Positions 18,543 to 24,522 of a stretch of 32,000 bases of DNA are shown piece after piece. Both the position numbers and the translations under genes were made by a program. Numbering within the stretch: the first letter of the stretch is position 1; each line of letters begins with the position of its first letter. The stretch is from an uncultured Acidobacteriota bacterium (GTDB lineage: Bacteria; Acidobacteriota; Terriglobia; Acidiferrales; UBA7541): assembly GCA_963804545.1 (NCBI GenBank), contig CAWDQW010000002.1, forward strand, positions 567,411-599,410. The letters run 5' to 3'. Under the pieces are notes generated by a model. It made no database searches. It was not told the DNA's origin and worked only from the letters and a program-made list of their open reading frames with translations.

Positions 18543-18560
18543 GAGCCGACAACGTCATAG

Positions 18561-18632
18561 AGGGTGGCCCAGACTCTTAGTTATGCGGTGTGTGCCTCGT
18601 CCTCGGGTTTTGAGGGCGGGTCTTGGGTCTAG
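18561..18632 (-). repeat. Dispersed repeat family 1, module c (reverse orientation), abutting the IS right end
   Basis: The reverse complement reads CCCAAGACCCGCCCTCAAAACCCGAGGACG...CCGCATAACTAAGAGTCTGGGCCACC, matching 9165-9234 and 13150-13221. Confidence 0.75.
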
Positions 18633-18728
18633 ACTTTGTCTTTCGAGAGCGAGAAACCAGAGTTACGTCCGCTATCTCCCAGCAATCCAGCGGCTTACGC
18701 GAAATTTGTTTTTTTGTGCGGGTTTTCC

Positions 18729-18757
18729 TTGACAAAAGACCGCTGTTGCAGTATAAG
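18729..18757 (+). promoter_or_regulatory. Sigma-70 consensus-like promoter: TTGACA, 17 nt, TATAAG
   Basis: TTGACA at 18729-18734, exact 17-nt spacer, TATAAG at 18752-18757. T-rich UP-like tract at 18704-18728. Confidence 0.5.
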
Positions 18758-18773
18758 TTGAGGGTGGAAATTT

Positions 18774-18805
18774 ACGCCCCGACTCTGTCGGGGCGTTTTT
18801 ATTTT
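18774..18805 (+). terminator. Intrinsic terminator
   Basis: ACGCCCCGA-CTCTG-TCGGGGCGT forms a 9-bp GC-rich stem, followed by TTTTTATTTT. Confidence 0.65.
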
Positions 18806-18838
18806 CGGGGCGATTCGCCTCGCTTGCTCTCCGATTTT

Positions 18839-19059
18839 GTAGGGGCCGGGCTTCAGCCCGGCGTTTTTTGGACTTCCTCCCGAAATTCGCCGTGCGGTAA
18901 ATCCTGCTTCTCTCTTTCTGTTGTCCACGGGTTCTCGCACTTTTCTGCCTTCGATGTGTAAACAACGAGGCCAAGACGCCGGCCTGAAGGCCGGCCTCTA
19001 CACAGGTTCCTACCCGCAACAACCAGGATTAGGAGGCCGACCTGAAGGTCGGCCCCTAC
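18839..19059. repeat. REP hairpins, 3 copies: 18839-18863 (+), 18977-19001 (-), 19035-19059 (-)
   Basis: GTAGGGGCCGGGCTTCAGCCCGGCG and variants (GTAGAGGCCGGCCTTCAGGCCGGCG, GTAGGGGCCGACCTTCAGGTCGGCC). Each has a GTAG head plus an 8-bp palindromic stem with compensatory changes. Confidence 0.8.
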
Positions 19060-19092
19060 ACACGCCACTACATCTCTCTTAGGACGCATACT

Positions 19093-19788
19093 ATGCCAAA
19101 GACAAAACTCAACCCCAAGCTCCTCTGGATCCAGTTTGAAGATATTCTCGTCCCGCGTCTCGGCCTAACCGTTTGGGACCGCGCGGTCTACCACTATCTC
19201 CTGCGCCATTCTCTTCTCATCGGCAAGCGCCGTCTGCACTTCGCGGTGATGTCCGTGGCCCACACTCTGCGTCTCTCCAATGCCCCGGTGCGCCAAGCCG
19301 TACGCCGCCTCGATGAGCTCGGCGCTCTCCGCCTCCTCGAACGCAGCAAAACCGGCCATCTCGTCGAAATGCACCTGCCCGAACACATCCGTGCGCTTCA
19401 CGAAGACGATGGTCCGCCCGTCCTCACGGCCGCCGACGAAGCTCGCCTCTCCTCCAAACTCGAGGCCACCGATTTCATGAGCACCTGGGCGCTTCGCAAG
19501 ACCATTCACGATCGCGATCGCGGCGCCTGCTTTCACTGCCTTCGCCGCACACCCGCCCACGTCCGCTGCCTCGACCATGTCGTTCCTCGCGCCCGCTTCG
19601 GACGCAATTCCTACCGCAACCTCGTCTCCTGCTGCATCGAGTGCAACACCCTCAAAGGCGACATGCCCGCCCCCGATTTTCTCCGCCTCCTCTACCGCAA
19701 AGGCCGCCTAACCGCCGTCGAACTCGACGCCCGCCTCGCCGCCCTAAAAGACCTAGCCGCCGGCAAACTCCGCCCCGCGGGCTTCTGA
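19093..19788 (+). CDS. wHTH + HNH endonuclease domain protein
   Basis: HNH motif CFHCLRR...LDHVVPRARFGRNSYRNLVSCCIECNTLKG. N-terminal MarR/DnaD-like winged-helix-looking segment (VAHTLRLSNAPVRQAVRRLDELGALRLLE). Confidence 0.8.
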   Translation: MPKTKLNPKLLWIQFEDILVPRLGLTVWDRAVYHYLLRHSLLIGKRRLHFAVMSVAHTLRLSNAPVRQAVRRLDELGALRLLERSKTGHLVEMHLPEHIRALHEDDGPPVLTAADEARLSSKLEATDFMSTWALRKTIHDRDRGACFHCLRRTPAHVRCLDHVVPRARFGRNSYRNLVSCCIECNTLKGDMPAPDFLRLLYRKGRLTAVELDARLAALKDLAAGKLRPAGF

Positions 19789-19836
19789 TGCCGCAATCGC
19801 CCGCTGCTTTTGCCGTCAGGCTTTTATGGCCGTTTT

Positions 19837-19971
19837 GTAGCGCCGGGCTTCAGCCCGGCATCTGCTGGTAGCTGTTTTGTAGGGGCCGGGCTTTAGCCCG
19901 GCGTTTTCTGAAGCGAAGCCCAGCCCCTACAAACTCACCAGGCAGTTGCTGGGCTGAAGCCCAGCCTCTAC
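19837..19971. repeat. REP hairpins, 4 copies: 19837-19860 (+), 19879-19903 (+), 19913-19930 (- half), 19948-19971 (-)
   Basis: Same GTAG-headed palindrome. 19879-19930 forms an inverted REP pair (REPIN-like). The last copy overlaps the RAYT stop codon. Confidence 0.8.
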
Positions 19972-20486
19972 AAAGTCGTCTTTGCCTTCCACGGAGGCGT
20001 CCACTTTGTCCCGGAAGACCGCTTCATCCAATCAATAGTTTGCGACCCCGACAAAGGGTAAAGACGCGGGTCACTGCAAAGCCCCTTCCGTACGGGATTC
20101 CACCAAATGTAGCAGGCCACATCCTCCGGGACCTCTATCGGCCGCAGGATGTGATCGTAATAGCGCATTTGCCAGAGCCGCTGGCCATGAGTTTTTTTGA
20201 ACTCATAGCCCGTGCGCTGTTTGAAGGCATCGACGAACCGCACGAGATCGCAGGTGTCCGAGAGACCTTCACAAAGGAAATGAACATGGTCGGGCATCAC
20301 GCAATAGGCATGCAGAGAAAAATTCCGTTGCGCGGCAGTTTCCACGAGATGACGGAGCAGCTATTGCCCCCGCAACCTATCCGCGAAAAAAGTCGCGCGC
20401 CTCTCGGTCCCAACGGTTACGAAATAATGCTGGCGACCGCGGTAGTGTTCCGCAGGACGTCGCAGCCGTTTTTTAAAAAAGGCCAC
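19968..20486 (-). pseudogene. REP-associated tyrosine transposase (RAYT, IS200/IS605 Y1 family) with in-frame TAG at 20361-20363
   Basis: HUH motif HAYCVMPDHVHFL and Tyr motif LWQMRYYDHILR in ORF 19968-20345. The same frame upstream reads (GTG 20486) VAFFKKRLRRPAEHYRGRQHYFVTVGTERRATFFADRLRGQ*LLRHLVETAAQ..., the expected RAYT N-terminus. Confidence 0.8.
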
Positions 20487-20589
20487 GTCAAAAGGCTAAC
20501 ACCAAACGTTCCTGTACGCGCTGTGCTGCGACCAGTTCCGGCAGTTGTCCCGTACGCGCCGGGCTGCGACTAGTTCCGGTGGTTGTCCT

Positions 20590-20977
20590 GTAGGGGCCGG
20601 GCTTTAGCCCGGCGTTTTCGGTTTGTCGGCGCCGGGCTTCAGCCCGGCGCTTTTTGAAGCTAAGTCCTTGCCGTCAGGCCGATGTAGGGGCCGGGCTTTA
20701 GCCCGGCGGTGTTGGTAACTGTTTCGTATGTGCCGTGCTCTAGCCCGGCGCTTTCCGGCAGCAGCATTGTATGCGCCGGCCTTCCGCCCGGAAAAACTCA
20801 TCACGAACCCCGTTCCTCGTGCAACGACCGACGGCTGCGGCCAGTGCTCCGAGTCTCAATTTCAGAACGGGAGGGACTCGCTTCCCATGGATTTGCTGAT
20901 CTTCGGTTTGTAGAGGCCGGGCCTTAGCCCGGCGCTTTCAGGCAGCCGTTTTGTAGGGGCCGGGCTTTAGGCCGGCA
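20590..20977 (+). repeat. Array of 7 same-orientation REPs: 20590, 20625, 20684, 20726, 20769, 20910, 20953
   Basis: Copies of GTAGGGGCCGGGCTTTAGCCCGGCG with irregular spacing of about 10-120 nt. Two are degenerate (20726-20750, 20769-20791). Confidence 0.85.
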
Positions 20978-20988
20978 CTTTCGCGGAC

Positions 20989-21080
20989 GAAATATTGGAC
21001 AGACGGGAAATTTCCTCCTGCTTCTCTTCGCAATCAAAAACTACAGGGAACGTTCCGTTTGTCCCCAAGTTCACAAGTTC
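20989..21080 (+). repeat. Repeat family 2, copy B
   Basis: GAAATATTGGACAGACGGGAAATTTCCTCCTGCTTCTCTTCGCAATCAAAAACTACAGGGAACGTTCCGTTTGTCCCCAAGTTCACAAGTTC. Confidence 0.8.
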
Positions 21081-21106
21081 AACCTCCAATCAAGCTGTTG
21101 TATCAT
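21078..21106 (+). promoter_or_regulatory. Possible promoter of the small-protein operon: TTCAAC, 17 nt, TATCAT
   Basis: TTCAAC at 21078-21083 and TATCAT at 21101-21106 with a 17-nt spacer, just upstream of RBS GGAGGG (21114-21119). Confidence 0.35.
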
Positions 21107-21123
21107 TTCGCTTGGAGGGTAAT

Positions 21124-21291
21124 ATGTCTGGAAAGGCAAAGAAGAGTACTGTGACCGAGACTTATGGAATCTGCTGGGGCTGCGGGGCGATCATGAAGAG
21201 CAAGCCCGTTAGGTATCGCGGTCACAGTTATCACGAGGATTGTGCGGAGAAGGCGAGGAAAGAATCACGGGCGAAAAGCAAGTCTTATTGA
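21124..21291 (+). CDS. 55-aa basic Cys/His protein (LIM-like half zinc finger spacing)
   Basis: MSGKAKKSTVTETYGICWGCGAIMKSKPVRYRGHSYHEDCAEKARKESRAKSKSY has the pattern C-x2-C-x16-H-x2-C. GGAGGG RBS. The ORF-track 5' extension lies in the repeat. Confidence 0.6.
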   Translation: MSGKAKKSTVTETYGICWGCGAIMKSKPVRYRGHSYHEDCAEKARKESRAKSKSY

Positions 21292-21308
21292 TGAGGAGGG
21301 GGGCAACC

Positions 21309-21590
21309 ATGAGTCTTGTAAAACGTCAGATGGAGCAGAACCAAACGAAGCGGGATGTGGCATTGGGGATTGCTATAGAGGCAGGAGCGCTGGGCTCTTG
21401 TGCAATCCATGAAGATACGATCATCGATGGTTCAGGCGAAGTCGAAGAGGCGTATGAATTGGGAGACGCCAAGTTCGCGGATGGGTCATTATCGAATATT
21501 TTCGACAGCCAAGACGAAATGAAGGAATACATCAAAGCGGTTGTCGAGGAGAATGGTGGCGCTGAATGCAATCAGTGCTCGAAGGACTAA
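21309..21590 (+). CDS. 93-aa acidic hypothetical protein with C-terminal CxxC
   Basis: GAGGAGGGGGG at 21294-21304 precedes ATG 21309. Sequence MSLVKRQMEQNQTKRDVALGIAIEAGALGSCAIHEDT...ECNQCSKD. Confidence 0.65.
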   Translation: MSLVKRQMEQNQTKRDVALGIAIEAGALGSCAIHEDTIIDGSGEVEEAYELGDAKFADGSLSNIFDSQDEMKEYIKAVVEENGGAECNQCSKD

Positions 21591-22174
21591 ATCATCTCTG
21601 GCACGCGATCCTCTGGTGGTCAAATCAAAATTCGGGATTCGTTACGCTGCTGGGCTGCATACTCGGTATCCCCGGCGTATTCTATGTGGGCTGGAGCATT
21701 CGAACATACGTTGTCCAAAAGAATAAAGACGACATCAAGGAACAGCGGGAAAAAGCAGATCGGGCACTCGCCTTGGAACAGATGCAGTGGCGGGGAATCT
21801 ACAGAATCTCGAAGGAAATTCTCTATCATGCATCCCTTTTGCATGCAAACTCGTTGCAGCACAGCCAGCCAGCGCGGCAACTAGCGGCTATGGGGAGAGA
21901 TGTTACTGCCCCGTATCAGCAAGCGGGTATCGGCTTGGTCGCTGCCATCGGCGGTCTCCTCATGGAACTGACCTTGATTCCGCAATGTCAGCAAACGCTC
22001 TCGCTTGTCGAATTTTTTGCTGTCAAATACCATTCGACGGATCAGAGAGCAAGTGCGAAGTTTATCGAAGAATTGCAGGATATAAATGCTATGGTTCTGG
22101 CGAAGGCTGGTGGGAAGCCGCTGGAACTACCCGAATCGTGGAAGGACAAGATTTATCCGGGGATCGCACAATAG
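21566..22174 (+). CDS. 202-aa hypothetical protein with a single N-terminal TM helix
   Basis: TM segment FVTLLGCILGIPGVFYVGWSI followed by a helical-looking soluble part. Overlaps the previous gene by 25 nt. Confidence 0.65.
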   Translation: MQSVLEGLNHLWHAILWWSNQNSGFVTLLGCILGIPGVFYVGWSIRTYVVQKNKDDIKEQREKADRALALEQMQWRGIYRISKEILYHASLLHANSLQHSQPARQLAAMGRDVTAPYQQAGIGLVAAIGGLLMELTLIPQCQQTLSLVEFFAVKYHSTDQRASAKFIEELQDINAMVLAKAGGKPLELPESWKDKIYPGIAQ

Positions 22175-22201
22175 GCGAGAAATGAGGTTGGAGGAGCGAC
22201 G

Positions 22202-22636
22202 ATGGGCGAGCCGATGGACAGGTCGAGACGGGTGTTCGGGCAACTAACCACATTCGAAAAGGCGTTTCCCGCCCTCGAAGTTGCAACCATCTCATCATAC
22301 GAAGACGACGAAGGTGTATACAATTTCGAGACTGATGAATCCCAACGCAGAACTTTTGGAGAAGGAGTGCCATTTAGGGAGGGTCTCATTCCCTGTAGGA
22401 ATCCCCGTTGCAGAAGGGGCGGATATGAAGTTGACGACAGCCTGTATGAGATGGTGCGTGAAAAATCTACCGAGAAGGTATTTGTGAGAAAGTGCCCCGG
22501 CGATGAAGGCTCTCCAAAAGGCAGAAAACGGGGAGATAGGTGTGGGAACGTCCTTCACTACCGCTTAAGGATAAAGTACAAGCCCGAAGGTTTGCCGCAA
22601 GAAAACTTGGTAGAATCGAAGCAACGACCTCTGTAA
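22202..22636 (+). CDS. 144-aa hypothetical four-Cys (zinc-ribbon-like) protein
   Basis: GGAGGAG RBS at 22190-22196. Cys pattern CRNPRC...KCPGDEGSPKGRKRGDRCGN. Confidence 0.7.
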   Translation: MGEPMDRSRRVFGQLTTFEKAFPALEVATISSYEDDEGVYNFETDESQRRTFGEGVPFREGLIPCRNPRCRRGGYEVDDSLYEMVREKSTEKVFVRKCPGDEGSPKGRKRGDRCGNVLHYRLRIKYKPEGLPQENLVESKQRPL

Positions 22637-22676
22637 CTCATTCGGATCAGAGCGTGGTAGGGTAACGATTCCGGCC

Positions 22677-22955
22677 ATGGCGACAACCGTCCAGCTACCG
22701 AACAATAGATTCGAAGCCCCTCTTGTTATCGGTGATCTTGTTAATCTAGTGCTTCGGGCTGAAGACGGCGCTACGGGACCAGTTTGGCGCCTCGACGACA
22801 TCAAAGCTGGAAGGGCAGGAGAGTTTGCATACGCCGGAGACATCGAGGAAGCCAAGGCGGTAGCCGAAACAGCCGCTAGGGCACACGCCCATCATTTTCT
22901 CATGCGTGCTAGCAGTAACGAAAAAATTCCCCAAATAGTTTGGCATCAAATATGA
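22677..22955 (+). CDS. 92-aa hypothetical protein
   Basis: Last ORF of the same-strand cluster, with a weak RBS. No recognisable motif. Confidence 0.5.
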   Translation: MATTVQLPNNRFEAPLVIGDLVNLVLRAEDGATGPVWRLDDIKAGRAGEFAYAGDIEEAKAVAETAARAHAHHFLMRASSNEKIPQIVWHQI

Positions 22956-22970
22956 CGGTTCGAGTTTCGC

Positions 22971-23150
22971 CCGGGGAAACCGGGGGGAACCGGGGACGGG
23001 AAACCGGGGAAACCGGGGACGGAAACCGGGGGCAGACGGAACGTTTCCTACAATTTTTTTATTCGCGCGAGCAGAAACTCGAGGAAACTTCCCGCCTGTT
23101 CCCATATTTCCCATATTTCCCCCAATATTTCCCCATACTTCCCATATTTC
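22971..23150 (-). repeat. Repeat family 2, copy F (largest, both arms with iteron arrays)
   Basis: About six GGGGAAACC(G)-type units at 22971-23030. Arms GGGGGCAGACGGAACGTTTCC and GGAAACTTCCCGCCTGTTCCC. Five CCCATATTTC-type units at 23101-23150. Lies between convergent stops at 22955 and 23229. Confidence 0.85.
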
Positions 23151-23228
23151 GCAACGGCTACATCGCTTTTTTATTACGTTCGCAGCGAATTTGAAGCGAA
23201 GGCGAAGAGGGCGAGGTTGGTGGGATCC

Positions 23229-23921
23229 CTATACTTGGCCAGAATGCTTTACGTTCCGCACTTTTAGATCGCGTCGGACAGCTTCCAAGAGATGCTTGTA
23301 GTCGGTGACTGGAAAACTAGTGTGGGCTTCCGCGCTAAAGAGGCCACTGTAAAAATTTACTACGCGAATTCCATTGTCGATCAAAGCCTTTATTTCCGTG
23401 AACGGGAAGAAGTTTTGTGCGGTAAAACCTACCAGGTCCAACGCGCTTGAGCGGCTGCGATGTGCAAAATACATGTGCCGCCACGTTATGAGCTTCTTGA
23501 CTGAAGGGTCCGCGTCGCTAACGGCTATCGAGTCTTTTTGAAGTTGCGCGGCGTCTGGCTTCCGAGGCGCAGCCGCAAGTGAATCGACGAACGGATTAGC
23601 TTTCAATCTTTCACGGAAGTTTGGCTCATCGAAGAAATGGAGATTCGCTTCGATTGTGTCCAAGAGGTTCGTAAGAGTGAGATTCGGTTTGGTGTCCATC
23701 GGATCGTAGGCCCGGCAGAGTCGCATAAGAGCGGCATCCATGAGAGCACGGTTCGTCAAAGTCCAGAACGCAGCGGATTGGTTGAACTCCACTTGGTAGT
23801 CAGGGATGGCGGCGTTGAGGTCTTGATGAAGGCGAAAGTAGTCACGCGCGTCAATGAGGTCGTCCGCCAAAGACCGTAGCAGTCGCTTAAATTCAGCGGA
23901 GTCGGCAACCTCGATCTTCAT
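23229..23921 (-). CDS. HEPN-domain protein, AbiU2-like (putative abortive-infection RNase)
   Basis: 230-aa ORF with GAGGAG 8 nt before the ATG. WRHMYFAHRS gives R148-x5-H154 (Rx4-6H HEPN signature with the ..AH ending seen in Abi-type HEPNs). The N-terminal half LMRLCRAYDP....LTLTNLLDTI resembles AbiU2-type proteins as I recall them. Confidence 0.55.
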   Translation of the reverse strand: MKIEVADSAEFKRLLRSLADDLIDARDYFRLHQDLNAAIPDYQVEFNQSAAFWTLTNRALMDAALMRLCRAYDPMDTKPNLTLTNLLDTIEANLHFFDEPNFRERLKANPFVDSLAAAPRKPDAAQLQKDSIAVSDADPSVKKLITWRHMYFAHRSRSSALDLVGFTAQNFFPFTEIKALIDNGIRVVNFYSGLFSAEAHTSFPVTDYKHLLEAVRRDLKVRNVKHSGQV

Positions 23922-24030
23922 TTTCGTTACTCCTCAACGGCCATTGTGCCACGTCTTAGTCCCTACTTCCTCGGCGCACCGCGTTCCTCGATCCGCTTCA
24001 GAATCGCCTCAGCCTCCTGGATACGTGTTG

Positions 24031-24116
24031 GAATACGGGGATAGACCGGCAGTTTCCTCACCCTTCTCCTCGCAATCGAAAACCAAGGAAGCGTTCCGGC
24101 CTGTTGCCAAGTTTTC
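24031..24116 (+). repeat. Repeat family 2, copy D
   Basis: GAATACGGGGATAGACCGGCAGTTTCCTCACCCTTCTCCTCGCAATCGAAAACCAAGGAAGCGTTCCGGCCTGTTGCCAAGTTTTC. Confidence 0.75.
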
Positions 24117-24143
24117 AAAAATGCGAAGCTTGCTCCTACGATT

Positions 24144-24224
24144 GGAAACCCGGGAAATACGGGGACAGGCGGGAAGTTTTCTCATACTTCTCTTCGCAAT
24201 CAAGAACTACAGGAGCGTTCCGCC
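24144..24224 (+). repeat. Repeat family 2, copy C (tandem with D)
   Basis: GGAAACCCGGGAAATACGGGGACAGGCGGGAAGTTTTCTCATACTTCTCTTCGCAATCAAGAACTACAGGAGCGTTCCGCC. Confidence 0.8.
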
Positions 24225-24401
24225 TTTTCTCTGCGCGCCACGGCCGCTCCCGCTACAACGCTCGGCGCAGCTCTTCACGGATAACCCGGCGAAGCGTTTT
24301 CTCGAACGGCTCATTCGAGCTTTCCACGTGCCGCCCCAGACATTCGTTGATGAGCGTTTGCTAGTTGCCTCCGGCGGCGCCAACCGCTCGGCGAGGAACG
24401 A

Positions 24402-24521
24402 TCAAGACAAACTGAAAAAGTATCGCGGGTTTTCCACGGTAATGGTGTGAATGTTGCGATCGGATACACCGATCTGTTCAAGATACGGAATCAGCTTGCG
24501 CGTGGTGAACAGCATCCCATC
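24402..24521 (-). pseudogene. C-terminal 39-codon remnant of a phosphotriesterase-homology (PHP/PTE family amidohydrolase) gene
   Basis: DGMLFTTRKLIPYLEQIGVSDRNIHTITVENPRYFFSLS* parallels the E. coli Php C-terminus as I recall it (LLTTFIPQLRQSGFSQADVDVMLRENPSQFF). Upstream codons are family-2 repeat sequence. Confidence 0.6.
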
Positions 24522-24522
24522 A

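Larger units (their letters stand above)
17182..18558 (+). mobile_element. IS110-family (IS1111-like) insertion sequence, about 1.38 kb between perfect 16-bp inverted repeats
   Basis: ATGACGTTGTCGGCTC at 17182-17197 and its exact reverse complement at 18543-18558. Encloses a DEDD transposase gene, a 77-nt 5' end and a 234-nt 3' non-coding end. True termini may lie a few bp outside the IRs. Confidence 0.8.

Noticed and set aside
18529-18560. Second TTGACA (18536-18541) as an outward-facing promoter at the IS right end
   Set aside because: No acceptable -10 hexamer lies at 16-18 nt (only CATAGA/TAGAGG). It is mentioned only as a possible half-promoter of the kind IS110 elements complete on circularisation, which cannot be tested here.
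8740-20363. In-frame TAA (hicA) and TAG (RAYT) as evidence of stop-codon reassignment or programmed readthrough
   Set aside because: Both codons terminate many well-supported genes in the window at the positions homology predicts. The affected genes are a toxin and a transposase, where nonsense inactivation is common.
20040-20573. 177-aa plus-strand ORF
   Set aside because: It is antisense to the RAYT gene, whose HUH and Tyr motifs identify the true coding strand.
20590-20977. Regularly repeated 25-mers that could be mistaken for a CRISPR array
   Set aside because: Spacing is irregular (about 10-120 nt) and the repeats are degenerate and perfectly palindromic with a GTAG head. The same unit occurs in both orientations elsewhere. 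No cas genes are present and a RAYT gene is adjacent. This identifies a REP array.
23940-24040. Minus-strand peptide ...RIPTRIQEAEAILKRIEERGAPRK* upstream of the HEPN gene, considered as a possible antitoxin
   Set aside because: It is only about 34 codons, begins inside repeat copy D, and has no RBS or recognisable fold motif.
24230-24400. Minus-strand peptide ...VLIVPRRAVGAAGGN*QTLINECLGRHVESSNEPFEKTLRRVIREELRRAL*, possibly another small gene with an in-frame TAG
   Set aside because: It is too short and has no motif I can name, no RBS and no clear start. It cannot be distinguished from chance.
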